Shown here piece by piece: positions 1 through 11,971 of a stretch of DNA of 56,938 bases. The DNA is from Coniocarpon cinnabarinum. Lineage: Eukaryota. The number at the start of each line of letters is the position of its first letter. The first letter of the stretch is position 1. The notes under the pieces were generated by a model, which was not told the origin of the DNA, ran no database searches, and was given only the letters and a program-made list of their open reading frames with translations. The translations under genes were made by a program, and so were the position numbers. The stretch is from the NCBI GenBank assembly GCA_051942205.1, contig JAVECO010000061.1, positions 62,001 to 118,938 on the forward strand. Reading direction: 5' to 3'.

Positions 1-251
1 GTGATTGCTTTATCTGATTGAACCTCACATATCTTTTGGAATTGTTCCACGCGCGCACCTGGTTTCACGAACCATTGTATAATTTCAACCTCGCGGATAC
101 CTTCACCAATATCTGCAAGTAGGTATGGCTGTACTTTCTGCAGAATACTTGAGACATGCAGTTTGCGCACGTGCTTCACTGGTCCTGGATGTGCGAGAAG
201 AGAAGTGACGCTCGCTCGACCGCGCAGTAAGCTCGCAGATCGGGAAGCCAT
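1..251 (-). CDS. DBT: Branched-chain alpha-keto acid dehydrogenase E2 (dihydrolipoamide branched-chain transacylase), 5' end only; runs off the window
   Basis: Not in the ORF track. Minus-strand translation from ATG at 251 gives [84 protein letters not shown]. This is a mitochondrial presequence followed by a lipoyl domain (LADIGEGI...EVQSDKA). Confidence 0.93.
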   Translation of the reverse strand, partial: MASRSASLLRGRASVTSLLAHPGPVKHVRKLHVSSILQKVQPYLLADIGEGIREVEIIQWFVKPGARVEQFQKICEVQSDKAI

Positions 252-778
252 TGCCACCGATTCCTGAAGCAAACTTGTCTTGTTTTGTTTTTAATCTTGC
301 GTAGTAAGGGTTTTAGGTCATGATTTCTCGCGTTATGAATACATTTTTTTGTCAGCTGAATTTGCTCAGTAGATACTTGACTTCATGGCATCGAGCGATG
401 CTTTTGAGTCCATCTGACCAGGCATTCTTTACAAGGCCATTATAGGAATAGCAACTTTCAGCTGAGCGTGAGTTCTCTTGTGCCACACAGCGTACAATAA
501 TATTCGGAGATGCAAAGTAATAGGTGAGAAAAGTATGTCATCGGCATGTCAGTAAGGATAGTGCTAGGGAGCGCTAATGTCAGGGACTTCGCGGGGTTTC
601 GAGCCCCAATTCGTGAGAGCACGTGGGGCTAGCGGCGTCTACCTGCACCGGGTTTCGCTTTACATGCCATTCTTGCTTTGATACAGCCAGTAATCAGTGC
701 TTGACTTCACAAACACCACACACAACTCGAATCAAGCTTCATGTCATGGTCTAGTTGAGAGCCCGCAATCGATACAAT

Positions 779-1528
779 ATGCCAAAAGGCAAGCCCCGTA
801 CCCACGCCCATGCGCCCTCTCTTTCGCCTGGACAGGCTCCCGCATACCTGCTTCATCAACAACCGCAACAATCTCAAAGTCAAGCATTACCCCTTCAAAC
901 CCATTATCAGACACGCACAACTGCTTCCCTAAACCTCTCAGTCCTCCAACGCCATAATCCCTACATCAGCCACATCCTCTCCATCGCGCCCTTTGCAGTC
1001 GTATACACCTTCACCCAAAGCACCGTACAGAGCAAAGAGCCTGGTTGGGAAAAAACAGGCGTTGAAGGAACGCTGTTCGTCGTCGCGTTAGATCATCAAG
1101 ACGGCAATGAGCGGTATGGAGTCATGGTCCTGAATCGTAAAGGTCTCGAGAACTTTGAGATGGAGCTACATCGCACGGAAGACGTCGAAGTGAGTGGAGA
1201 GTTCGTGATAATACAAGGGCAAGATGAAGACGAGGAGATGGGCATCACTGGCTTGTGGATTTTTGCAAACCACAACGGCGAAGGTGGCGGTGGTTCGGGA
1301 AATGAACAAAGCCAGGAAGACTTGAGGAGTCTGATTGCAGGTGTGATTACTGAATGTGCTGGACGGGCAGAAGCCAGCCAGAAGAGATTGGGCGAATACG
1401 CGCAGCCAAACAAAAGACGAGGGTACGGTGCGATGGGGTTTGATGGCGCTGAGGACGAGACAAACACGAATGGCGCCGATGTGCTGCAAAGTCTGTTTGC
1501 ACGGGCAAGGAGTGGACAGACTGCGTAG
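779..1528 (+). CDS. DCP1: mRNA decapping enzyme regulatory subunit Dcp1 (EVH1-like)
   Basis: Dcp1 motifs LNLSVLQRHNPYI..IL..APFAVVYTF...WEKTGVEGTLFV...VLNRKGLENF...GLWIF; first ATG at 779. Confidence 0.9.
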   Translation: MPKGKPRTHAHAPSLSPGQAPAYLLHQQPQQSQSQALPLQTHYQTRTTASLNLSVLQRHNPYISHILSIAPFAVVYTFTQSTVQSKEPGWEKTGVEGTLFVVALDHQDGNERYGVMVLNRKGLENFEMELHRTEDVEVSGEFVIIQGQDEDEEMGITGLWIFANHNGEGGGGSGNEQSQEDLRSLIAGVITECAGRAEASQKRLGEYAQPNKRRGYGAMGFDGAEDETNTNGADVLQSLFARARSGQTA

Positions 1529-2239
1529 ATTCATACTTGTCCGCAAGAGCCGAATTGTCGGCAGTGTATGATTAGGATGAATGGTGCTAACGCCTGTTAC
1601 GCCTCTTCCCTTGGTTCCAGATTTGAATTGGCTCGATATCTGGAGGAGTCATGTTCACTACTGATGTCCAGTCACGATGTAATTCTTCAATTGTGGCAAA
1701 TGGAGAACGGTTTTGGAGTGATGGTCGCGGACACTCACGGCAAGTGCCAGGGACAAAAGTCGTTGCTAGATCCCCGTACAAGCGACAAGCTTGTGCGGCG
1801 GAGGTATCTCATTGTACGAAGCTTTAAGTACACCGGCGAAAACTTCTTGCTACTCATGAAGGGCTAGAGTAAATGCAGATGAGCTCCTGCGCCGGATGAT
1901 TTCGAAGATGGACGGACTCAAAACCCTGCCCAGATGGATATGATACAAATACCAGATGCAGTAATACGCGCGCACGTGGCTGCATGTGGCTCAAGACATC
2001 GAAGTCACCCGCCTGCGTCAACGACAACCAGCGGCTCGATACAACACCTTGGAAATTCGCAATACCCACCCTATTCGACGAGCAAGCGACCACCAAAGGA
2101 CTCATCTGGGCAGCTTCATTGCTTGCCGAAGCCCCATCACAAACGCTCATTCAGCCGCACCCCTAACGGCGACGATCTTGGTTGCCCGCAGCGCTCTCGT
2201 GCCACCTCTCGACATCTTCCTTCGATTTCCCAGAGCATA

Positions 2240-2681
2240 ATGAAGCCGCTCGTATCTGCACTAAATGCGTGGTCATGGTACGCCCTCAGATCGCTCGGAT
2301 CGCTCTGTTCCAGCGACTTGTATCTCAAAGAGCATCCGTGATAAGCTAACCGCTATCTAGCATCGTCGTCTCCATCTTCGCTATTGTCATACTCTCAGCC
2401 ATCGGTGGCCTCTTTAGGGTACGCTGCCACCTTTACCTCCCCCAACGCATTTATAGTTCTATACTGTGCAACATCTGAAGCACGACATGAGCTAACGAGC
2501 GTCTTCGCAGCGAGGGAGCCACAACATGATGGGCTCAACCGAAGATCCCGAAGATGGCAAAGCAGTTGCGAGCGCGATATTTGGAGCTGTCGTCATTTAC
2601 GCGGGAGTTCTGTTCTTCTGTGCGACGCAGGCTTTGTGGCATTGGCGGAATAGCAGGAAGGGTGCAATAGCGCTGCAGTGA
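2240..2681 (+). CDS. V-type proton ATPase V0 subunit f (YPR170W-B / RNASEK homolog), 88 aa, 3 exons
   Basis: Exons 2240-2277, 2361-2418 and 2511-2681; both introns are GTACGC...GCTAAC...YAG. Protein MKPLVSALNAWSCIVVSIFAIVILSAIGGLFRRGSHNMMGSTEDPEDGKAVASAIFGAVVIYAGVLFFCATQALWHWRNSRKGAIALQ has two TM helices and the GSxxDPEDG loop I recall from yeast subunit f. Confidence 0.9.
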
Positions 2682-3027
2682 GGGGAATTTTGCGTGGGTG
2701 TCGTACCGAAACATGACCGAAGACCACATTGGCAATCACAACAAGAGCAATTCAGAGGAGCGGTGGAGTGTTGATCGTCAACATTTCCGTGAAGAACTTG
2801 AAGCGGTGCATTGAATTTGCATATGACGGCGCTAGGGCGTAGTAGGGATACCTATTAGCGGACGTTGTGACTCTTTGAGTCTGTCCAGCATTGATTAAAA
2901 GACATGTCTATCATATGGACCATTTTCCCATGCATACATCAGCTGCTCGTCCTTGTGTTGGCACTGGGCAGGTTGAACAGTTTTCGAGGGATCCGATAGA
3001 AATGCGTCTTTGTTTGACTTCTCGGTC

Positions 3028-4761
3028 TCAGTCATCACTTCCCATGGCCTTTCTCTCAAGCATCTTGCTCATGTACGGCCCATCCAGCCAATAGCCCAAC
3101 TTTCGGTAATAGCTTCTTACTCCAACTCCGCTAATCACAGCCAGCTTCTTGCTCATGTGCTCATCGCGAGCAATCCGCTCTGCCTCCTCCATCAGCAAAG
3201 TGCCATACCCTTGATGTTGAAACTTCTTCGGGTCTCGAGCATGCATGGGCACTGCACTGCCATACACATGCAATTCTCTGATGAGGCTGCTTTGCTGACC
3301 TGTCAACTCCGGTCGAAAGGTAGTTTTCTTGCTGCATTTCCGCAATCTAAGCAAGGCGATCAGAATGTCTTGCTTGGGATCCTCGTATGCAAGGAATGTC
3401 TCCCAGCCGCCATTTGCAACGTAATCGCGACGCACGAGCTCTACCTGGTTTGGTCGGATCTTGTTCTTGACTTCGTTGACACCGACTTCTCTCGTTCTGA
3501 CATCGCGACAGGTGGTCCCAAAATCTTTCATACGGGCCAGAGCAAGCTCACGAAGATTGCCATTCTCCACGCCGGCAGTGACTAAAGGCATCGGAATGTC
3601 TCGTTGAACACGATATATTCGAGTCCAAGGTGGTATCAACGCTAGAATGCGAGCCACCAGGTCGATGAGCGCGTTTGGCGTGTAGTTCTTGTACCGTCCT
3701 GTTCGCCATAATTCATACAGTCCTGTGCCTCGGATGACAAGGGTGGGGTATATCTTCAGGCCGTCCGTGCGGAAGGCCGGGTTCTCAAAATACTCTTGAA
3801 ATTGGAAAATGTCTCGCTCCATACCTACGTTGGGCAAGTCGGGCATCATGTGGCTCACAACTTTGAAGCCAGCGTCTTTGGCAAGGCAGAATGTTTGTGC
3901 AACCGCAGCAACTGTGTGGCCGCGATTTGTGTCCCGCGCAACGTCTTCATAAAGGGACTGGACCCCAATCTCAAGACGCGTGCAGCCGTAACGGAGCATG
4001 GCGGACAGGTGGGTGTCAAGGCAGTAATCAGGTCGCGTCTCAATAGTAATGCCAACACACTTGGTGTTGGACATTTCTCCAGCAGCCACTGCTTCATCGA
4101 CAGAGTTTGTGGTGTACCCTGACAGCGCGTTGTGCAGCTGTGATATGAATTCTTCTCGATATGACTCTGCAAGTGACATAAATGTGCCACCCATGATAAT
4201 GAACTCAACCTTGTCTACGCTATGACCGAGGGACTTGATCTGATCAACACGTCCACGCGCTTGCTCATAGGGATCATATCGAGCGCGTATAGCTCGCATG
4301 GAAGTGGGCTCGTAACCTGTATACGACTGGGTTGAATACTCAAAGTCCGAGTCTGGACCACCAGGACAATAAACGCAGATGTTACCTGTGTAGGAGATAT
4401 GTGGACATCGATGCGGCTTACACATTACAGCAACGACGGCGATACCCGAGCTGGTACGGATGGGCTTAGCGATTAGCTTAGGGAGAATGTATTTCTTGTA
4501 GTGCTCGGGAACAGCTGCAATTATAGCTGTTAGAGGAGGTTGTGTCTTAAGGAAATGCTTCTTCGCTACTTGGCCTCGCAGCTGATTGAGATTGATATCG
4601 CGTCTTGCTTTTGTGGAATCATGTTGTGATTCATAGTCAGATATCAATGCGTTCGCAATGTCTGCACATGCGCGTAGATATCGCTCGCTCTCTGGAGCAA
4701 GCTTCACGTTCTTCGGCAGCTTCTTCTGGCTAGGCCGCTCCGTGACTGTCATGGTAGCCAT
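3028..4761 (-). CDS. ELP3: Elongator complex catalytic subunit Elp3 (radical SAM + KAT)
   Basis: Intronless 577-aa ORF with [32 protein letters not shown] and QHQGYG motifs. Confidence 0.98.
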   Translation of the reverse strand: MATMTVTERPSQKKLPKNVKLAPESERYLRACADIANALISDYESQHDSTKARRDINLNQLRGQVAKKHFLKTQPPLTAIIAAVPEHYKKYILPKLIAKPIRTSSGIAVVAVMCKPHRCPHISYTGNICVYCPGGPDSDFEYSTQSYTGYEPTSMRAIRARYDPYEQARGRVDQIKSLGHSVDKVEFIIMGGTFMSLAESYREEFISQLHNALSGYTTNSVDEAVAAGEMSNTKCVGITIETRPDYCLDTHLSAMLRYGCTRLEIGVQSLYEDVARDTNRGHTVAAVAQTFCLAKDAGFKVVSHMMPDLPNVGMERDIFQFQEYFENPAFRTDGLKIYPTLVIRGTGLYELWRTGRYKNYTPNALIDLVARILALIPPWTRIYRVQRDIPMPLVTAGVENGNLRELALARMKDFGTTCRDVRTREVGVNEVKNKIRPNQVELVRRDYVANGGWETFLAYEDPKQDILIALLRLRKCSKKTTFRPELTGQQSSLIRELHVYGSAVPMHARDPKKFQHQGYGTLLMEEAERIARDEHMSKKLAVISGVGVRSYYRKLGYWLDGPYMSKMLERKAMGSDD

Positions 4762-5290
4762 TATCAGGCGGCCAATGGGCTTGCAGCCTCCGCTAAGCTG
4801 GCAACTTTACGGGACCTCTGCAGCCAAGCTTGCGCTGAAACAAACCTGCTGTAGAGTGAAGCCGGTGATCCCTAAACCAAGTCTACAGTCTCGAGTCCAA
4901 AAAACAGCAGTATGTTTTCTGTTCACTGTCGTGCTCAAGTAGCAGCGCAGCGTCCTGAAGGATTTCAGCGCACTTGGAGAAATCGAAATGGTGCGTTCAA
5001 TGTGAGGATGTGCCACGCAGGCTTTCGCGGGACCGGACGATAGCGTCGCCTACCGCGGCTGTAACGCGAACGCTCATTGACACAGCTAGGTTTTTTGATT
5101 TGCGAAGCGACCACCTTGGAGTTGGGGAAAGATGTTACAGAGAGATGGCAAAGTAGTGCAATCTTCAAATCACATGTCATTCGAGAAGCTGGTCCGAGCT
5201 TGCTCAGTATGGATCCAGGAAGCTTTATGTTTCCCCTTGAAGACAGTCACACGCTCTGCACGCTTTCCATTTCACTGTTGCTTTTAAGGC

Positions 5291-6465
5291 ATGCATGCTG
5301 TGCGGGCTGCACGAGCACTTGGTCGACGAGGATATGCCAATGCTAGCTCTGGCTATGCCGCGACAAACGGGAATCTTAGGGTGAACGGAGACACCAAGTA
5401 AGCTACCTCATCCTTGAATGCAGACTACAACTGTTCAGAAAGGCTAACCTGATACTTTCAGGTGAGATCAGAAGTACTGTGGTATAACGAAGAAGCGATC
5501 TAGACTAATGCCAGACTTGTAGGGTCATCTATCAAGGGTTTACAGGTAGACAGGGTACCTTTCATGCGCAACAAGCTCTTGAATATGGCACGAAAGTCGT
5601 AGGAGGCACGAACCCGAAGAAGGCTGTAAGACGGCCCCTGCGCGGTCGAGCTCGAACGCTGGAAAACTTCGATCAAGCATGGATACTGACACTCTCGGCA
5701 CAGGGAGAATCGCATTTGGGCAAGCCCGTCTTCGCAAATGTTTCCGATGCAGTCAAACAAACAGGCGCTGATGCATCCGCAATCTTTGTGCCCCCTCCGC
5801 TAGCTGCAGCAGGTATCGAGGAAGCCATTTCCGCCGAGATACCGCTGGTCGTATGTATCACCGAGGGCATTCCACAGCACGACATGGTCCGCATCACAGA
5901 CATGTTGAAGACTCAGAACAAGACACGCATGGTCGGACCCAATTGTCCTGGATTGATTGCTCCAGAGCAATGCAAAATTGGTATCATGCCAGGTTTCATC
6001 CATAAACGAGGGCGCGTCGGCATCGTCTCGAGATCAGGCACACTCACCTACGAAGCTGTGAATCAGACCACACAAGCTGGCTTAGGTCAGTCGCTGGTCG
6101 TCGGCATCGGTGGCGACCCATTCAGCGGCACCAACTTCATCGATTGTTTGGATGTGTTTCTCAAGGACCAAGAAACGGACGGCATCATCATGATTGGCGA
6201 AATAGGTGGAAGTGCTGAAGAGGATGCCGCGGACTTCTTGAAGGCAAACAACACATCAGACAAGCCGGTTGTGAGCTTCATCGCCGGCATAAGTGCACCA
6301 CCTGGGCGACGTATGGGTCACGCTGGGGCTATTGTTAGTGGAGGGAAGGGGGACGCCAAGTCAAAGATTACAGCGCTGGAAGGTGCCGGAGTGATCGTGG
6401 AAAGGTCACCGGCATCTTTGGGTAACACGTTGCGTGCGGAGTTTACTAAGCGAGATATGATTTGA
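5291..6465 (+). CDS. LSC1: Succinyl-CoA ligase subunit alpha, mitochondrial
   Basis: Exons 5291-5397, 5523-5625 and 5704-6465. [16 protein letters not shown] presequence, then [22 protein letters not shown] and RMGHAGA (phospho-His). The first intervening sequence (5398-5522) has a double-intron structure. Confidence 0.97.
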
Positions 6466-6842
6466 TTGAATATAGCGAATCTGATCTCACTGCAGATGGC
6501 TAGTGCCGCGGTTCATTGTGTAGATGTTCAACTGCACACGTTCGTCCTTCAAACATTAGTTGCATGCAAGTCTTCAATCCGCAATGTCTGCGCAGCATAT
6601 GTCCCGCTATTTAGTTGTCTAGGACCGGACGGTCAGCATGCAGCCTCACTGTCCATACCTATCTCAGAACACAATACATAGATCGGAAAATAGTTTATCC
6701 GTGCTCTTCCATCAAGGTTGTTGTCGGAACAACCAGTACATTCCTAACTAGAAGCTCGTTTGGAACTCGCCGTGGAGCAACTGAGACTCGGCCCACGTTA
6801 GCTCATTTAAACTGTGAAGGGCTTGATGAATTGTAGCCGAAA

Positions 6843-8168
6843 ATGCTGTCCGGAATATTGATTTTCAATCAAAAAGGCGAGAACCTCATCTTTCGAGCAT
6901 TCCGAAACGACTGCAGGCCACGTCTTGCAGACGTATTTCGAATTCAGGTCATCTCAAATGCCCAGGTCCGCTCGCCCTTGCTCACACTTGGCTCAACCAC
7001 GTTCAGCCATGTTCGTCATGAAAACATATATGTCGCAGCTGTGACAAAAAGCAATGCCAACGCGGCACTTATTTTTGAGTTCCTTTATAAGTTAATTAGT
7101 CTCGGCAAATCGTACTTCGGTAAATTCGACGAAGAGTCGATCAAGAACAACTTCGTTCTCGTTTATGAACTCCTCGACGAAGTAGTCGACTTCGGGTATC
7201 CTCAAAATACTGAGACAGACACTCTCAAAATGTACATCACGACTGAAGGTGTCAAATCAACACAGACGACGGAAGATTCTTCTAAGATCACTATGCAGGC
7301 CACTGGTGCTCAGTCGTGGCGGAGAGCCAACATCAGGTATCGCAAGAATGAGGCTTTTGTGGACGTGATAGAAGATGTGAACCTTCTAATGTCCGCGAAT
7401 CAAACTGTATTACGAGCAGATGTTAATGGCCAGATTGTAATGCGTGCTTATCTGTCTGGCACGCCGGAATGCAAATTTGGGCTGAACGACCGGCTGACAG
7501 TGGGAGAGGGCCTAAAAGACGATCGCAGTGTTACAAAGCCTGGCAGGGGTGCTGCAGGCGCAGGTACAAAAGCTGCAGCAGGCTCCGTTACTCTCGAAGA
7601 TTGTCAGTTCCATCAATGCGTGAAGCTTTCCAGCTTCTCCTCGGACCGGATCATCTCCTTCATTCCTCCAGATGGCGAGTTTGAGCTCATGCGATACCGC
7701 TCGACTGAGCACATTAATTTGCCTTTCAAAGTGCAAGCTATCGTTCAAGAGTTGGGCCGAACGAAAGTTTCATATAACATTTCCGTCCGCTCGACCTACT
7801 CTCAAAAGCTCTTTGCCACTGGCGTTGTGTTGCGCATTCCAACTCCATTGAACACCGCAAGGATTGAAGGCATAAGAACTTCGAACGGCAAAGCAAAATA
7901 CGAGCCAGAGTCGAACGCCTTAGTGTGGCGCATTCAACGTTTCGAGGGCAACAAGGAGTTCACATTGAGCAGTGAAGCACAACTGACAGCAACGACCAAC
8001 CAAAAGGCGTGGAGTCGCCCTCCTATTAGCATGAACTTCAATCTCCTAATGTTCACCAGTAGCGGTTTACTTGTGCGCTATCTCAAAGTTTTTGAAAAGA
8101 GTAATTACACGAGTGTCAAATGGGTACGATATATGACTAGAGCTGGCAACTATGAAATTCGATTCTGA
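6843..8168 (+). CDS. APM4: AP-2 clathrin adaptor complex subunit mu
   Basis: Intronless 441-aa ORF with MLSGILIFNQKGENLIFRAFR, IKNNFVLVYELLDE, ITMQATG, SFIPPDGEFELMRYR and KWVRYMT. Confidence 0.96.
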   Translation: MLSGILIFNQKGENLIFRAFRNDCRPRLADVFRIQVISNAQVRSPLLTLGSTTFSHVRHENIYVAAVTKSNANAALIFEFLYKLISLGKSYFGKFDEESIKNNFVLVYELLDEVVDFGYPQNTETDTLKMYITTEGVKSTQTTEDSSKITMQATGAQSWRRANIRYRKNEAFVDVIEDVNLLMSANQTVLRADVNGQIVMRAYLSGTPECKFGLNDRLTVGEGLKDDRSVTKPGRGAAGAGTKAAAGSVTLEDCQFHQCVKLSSFSSDRIISFIPPDGEFELMRYRSTEHINLPFKVQAIVQELGRTKVSYNISVRSTYSQKLFATGVVLRIPTPLNTARIEGIRTSNGKAKYEPESNALVWRIQRFEGNKEFTLSSEAQLTATTNQKAWSRPPISMNFNLLMFTSSGLLVRYLKVFEKSNYTSVKWVRYMTRAGNYEIRF

Positions 8169-8941
8169 TGGACCATCTCACCTCATGTAATGTTCTTTGC
8201 CCAAGCAACTTCAAGAAAGATCTATTGGAAGCCACTATCGCGGCAGTGGCCTGTCAAGAACTGCAAAGCAGGACTGCGAAGCAACCAATGTGCACACCGA
8301 AAGGAGCTTACCCTCACATCAACAGCCTTCAAGTCCCACTTATTAGGGCCCTAAGATAGGTTCCGTCACATGACTGCAATCACAAACGATGACTGGAGCT
8401 CCACCGAAGCCCAATAGAAGCCTCATTTACTTATTTTTGGCCCACTTTCGAATGGTCGACCTTAGCGAGCAATTCGTACAAGACTCAATGACAGCATCAT
8501 CAAAAAACAGACTCCACAAAAGACTTCCCCTGCATGCGTGTCTGATACTATTGCACGGTGCAGCCGGACAAATGCGAGCAAGGAGTTAATGGTAACTAGT
8601 CACACACAGCGAGACTGCAAACTTGCGGCTACGAACCTCAAGTCTCTGATCAACACCAGCATCTACAAGATGTATGATTATCACCAACTGGTTATAGATC
8701 TCTACACTTATGCCCCGTGTAGTCATCCACCAAGAAATGTTCTGGCAGATAAAGCAAGCGAGAGGCAGAGGAGCCGCACACAAGTTCCTACGAATGATTA
8801 TGACACACAATGCTACTGTGCAGACAGTAGACCACAACTCTGCCCGACTTATTTTTACATCCTTGCGGCACAGTTCAATCCACTCACAACTCTCACAACT
8901 ACCAACACATCTGATTATCTTTCGCAACTCCTTGCGCAGTT

Positions 8942-10279
8942 ATGAACGCCATACCCAAGCCGAGTAAGGTTCAACTCACCTTCAAGAACCCTGCTCCACC
9001 AGGCTGTATAACCGTGCAGGCGAGGAAGTTGGATGCCCCTCCGAAGCACGAAAGAGATAAGATCAAGGGGCCTCTGGAGGAATTTGAGGATCTCATCGAG
9101 CAGGTCGGTCAATTGAAGATGATCGTTCCCCGCGGACCAACAAAAGAACGAGGCTCCAGCAAGCGGCAATACGTCCTGGATGACCGTATGTTGGCAGTGA
9201 TGCTCATTTTCGAAAAGCTAGGCAAGTTGCCACAAGAAGGCGACCCTTGGACCTCAGAAAGCATGTCTCTCCTTCCACGCTTCTACTCTGACGGCACGGT
9301 CGACATACACTACGGCCATCTCGGCAAATGCGCATGGGTGTATGTTGATGGAAAGTGCCATATTGTCCTCGCAAACTCAATGTATGCACTTGTTGGCGAC
9401 ATGGATATACCTGGCTCAACAAGCGCATTGAACGACGATGGAAAGCTTCCACTTTTTAGCGTCTCTGAACAGCCATTCCCGTTTGAGCTACTTGGTGGAA
9501 ATTGGCCACTCGATCAACTCACGAACCTAACGTATGACGACTATGTCAAGCTCTTCGTGCAGCCTCGAGACCGAGCTGCGATCAAAAAAGCGAAGATGCG
9601 TAACGAAGTTGAACGCGCAGTGAAGAAGGACCGTCGCAATAAGCTGAACTCGGATGCGAAGGAAGCTGTCAAGACCGGCACACCTGTGATGGGAGGCCTT
9701 CCCAAAACTTCGCCTTTGCAAAGCCTCCAGAATCACATCAAAGCCCTGCATGAATCCGGAGACTACTACCACAGTGGACCTGTGCCCTCAGCCGAAGAGT
9801 TTAGGGCGTCTGATGGAGAACCGCTCTGCAACGTGCGAAGGTACCAACCTCAGCTTTACAATAATCCAAAGGGCGCTCGTAGTTCTATCGGTGTCCTTGA
9901 CACTTGCATGTCTAATCCCTTCGCAGCGCGCTCCGAATCAGCTTCTGTAAAGTCTTCATTTACTCGCCAGCCAAGCAGACGCAGCAGCGCGCGCGACTCA
10001 ACACACTCCTCAGCGCACGAACATTCTAATAAGCCAAGCGACGCACACTCTGCACGCACGTCTTCTCGTCATCGGTCTGGCAGTACTGCCACTCCCTCAG
10101 GTCACCACACCTCCAGCAGGAGCACCTCTCGACGTCCTTCAGTGTCAACACGGCCAAGCTCGGTAGCACCATCAAGTTCATCGTCCAAGCTTGCACCATC
10201 TGAGCAATGGCGAATGATGTACTCCCACGATCAGTATGTTGAAACGGAGAGCAAATACGGACGTAGTAAATTCAGCTGA
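8942..10279 (+). CDS. Hypothetical protein with a globular N-terminal half and a Ser/Arg/His-rich disordered tail
   Basis: Uninterrupted 445-aa ATG-initiated ORF; no family recognised. Confidence 0.7.
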   Translation: MNAIPKPSKVQLTFKNPAPPGCITVQARKLDAPPKHERDKIKGPLEEFEDLIEQVGQLKMIVPRGPTKERGSSKRQYVLDDRMLAVMLIFEKLGKLPQEGDPWTSESMSLLPRFYSDGTVDIHYGHLGKCAWVYVDGKCHIVLANSMYALVGDMDIPGSTSALNDDGKLPLFSVSEQPFPFELLGGNWPLDQLTNLTYDDYVKLFVQPRDRAAIKKAKMRNEVERAVKKDRRNKLNSDAKEAVKTGTPVMGGLPKTSPLQSLQNHIKALHESGDYYHSGPVPSAEEFRASDGEPLCNVRRYQPQLYNNPKGARSSIGVLDTCMSNPFAARSESASVKSSFTRQPSRRSSARDSTHSSAHEHSNKPSDAHSARTSSRHRSGSTATPSGHHTSSRSTSRRPSVSTRPSSVAPSSSSSKLAPSEQWRMMYSHDQYVETESKYGRSKFS

Positions 10280-10825
10280 CGCCCATGATGTTTAGATAAA
10301 TCTGGTACTTCAGACTTTCTCGAGGTGCAGAGGGAGGAGACTCAGCATTGTTATTAGGAACGCAAGAAAACCTCACCGCTGGGATTTCCTAAGGTCCATG
10401 TTGAGATCTGGCAAGACCCCGATGGCTGTCTGAGCATGCCAGGAAGAGGCATCAACAGAGCCGGGAACGCTGCAATTTGTCAGAACAGAATAGCTCTGTT
10501 GGTGGCAAGGTCCAAAAACCGCCCGGCTGCGCTTGAATCCGTGAGAATGTATATCAGAAAAGAAGAAGAGCTAGATTGCGTCTAGAGAGCAACAAAGGAA
10601 GCAATGGGTGATATAAGTCTCAAGCTTGAAGTGGGGCACCGGAGCTTTTCATAGAGAAACGCAGTATCCTTGAGATGGTCGGAACACAACTACAGCGTTT
10701 CATGAAAAGGCAAATGTGCACTTAACAAACGCGTTCGACTGATGACGTCGCGTGACCGATCGACTTGATATTCTTTAGCTGGACAATATTCCTCTTGAGT
10801 GTACTCAGTGAGATCTTCGCCCAGT

Positions 10826-11626
10826 ATGAGCAAGTACGCACAGGGTCATCCAGAGCACACGCTCAAATACTACCAAGCGCGGACTGCCTCAAATCAATGC
10901 CAATACTACTTACCACTGCTCAAACCTCACTATTCCATTCTTGACGTAGGCTGTGGACCGGGAACCATCTCAGCATCTTTGGCCAGTCACGTCCCTCATG
11001 GAAAGGTAGAGGGTATTGACGGCAGTGAGACCGCCATTGACGCTGCCCTAGCACAGGAAGGCCTACCAAGCAACTGCAAGTTCCAAGTCGGCGACGCTAC
11101 GAACCTCCCGTTTCCAGACGAAACTTTCGACGTCGTTCAGACCAATCAGGTCCTCTGTCATCTCCCTGACGCCGTGGGCGCCCTCAAAGAATTCAAACGC
11201 GTCCTTAAAAGTGGCGGTGGCTTCTTAGCGCTGAAAGAATCAGATGCAGGTCTCTTTGTGGTCCATCCGCCGCATCCGTGGGTGGAAGTGTGGCGACACG
11301 CCCAGGTGACTGTCCAGAGAAGCAGCGGTGCCGAACCCAATGCTGGCCGTCGGCTTCCTGAATGGGCTCTGCAGGCTGGCTTCTCAGAGCACTCGATGCG
11401 GTACTCGGTGGATAATTTGGTGGCGGCCGGAGACACGCGAGATTATCTTGCCACGGCAATGGCAAAACGGCCACGCGAGGACGAGAGATGGCGCAAGACG
11501 GCGATGGAGCAAGGCCGGCTCGGCGAAAAGGACATGGATGCGATTGTAGAGGGATGGGAGGGATTTGCGAGAGATAGTTCTGGGGTGGCGATCAACACTA
11601 ACGGCCAGCTTGTTTGCTACAAATGA
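10826..11626 (+). CDS. Class I SAM-dependent methyltransferase (UbiE/COQ5-like)
   Basis: ILDVGCGPG motif I, GDATNLPFPDETFDVV and ALKEFKRVLKSGG; ATG at 10826. Confidence 0.9.
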   Translation: MSKYAQGHPEHTLKYYQARTASNQCQYYLPLLKPHYSILDVGCGPGTISASLASHVPHGKVEGIDGSETAIDAALAQEGLPSNCKFQVGDATNLPFPDETFDVVQTNQVLCHLPDAVGALKEFKRVLKSGGGFLALKESDAGLFVVHPPHPWVEVWRHAQVTVQRSSGAEPNAGRRLPEWALQAGFSEHSMRYSVDNLVAAGDTRDYLATAMAKRPREDERWRKTAMEQGRLGEKDMDAIVEGWEGFARDSSGVAINTNGQLVCYK

Positions 11627-11971
11627 TTGCCAATCTCATGACACGTGCAGCGCTTCTCTCTGCGGTATGCGATAGAGAGTTACAGGGAAGAAGGAATTCT
11701 GAGACTCGAAGGTGCGGGTGCATCGTAGGAGAGCACTTGCCGGATTATAATTCAGCGTCTTCAGAGTTACAAAGGGCTTTCGCCGTCATACCCATAGTTT
11801 TGTAACTGCAAATGTCCACATCGTACTTGCTCGTCTGTGACTCATTGCGATGACCCTATAGAACAGTACTTGCCGCATCAAAATTCGGCGTACTATGAGA
11901 TGCAAGGGCCTTTCGCCGGCGTATCCACAGCTTCGTGACTCAAATTTTCCATATCGTGCGGGCTATATGAT

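Noticed and set aside
1560..2230. ORFs or an RNase P-like RNA (GGAAATTCG) between DCP1 and subunit f
   Set aside because: No second conserved RNase P region and no protein motifs; interpreted as UTR and promoter.
3010..4942. Antisense and alternate-frame ORFs over ELP3 (and similar ones over other core genes)
   Set aside because: These are shadow ORFs caused by the codon bias of the true genes.
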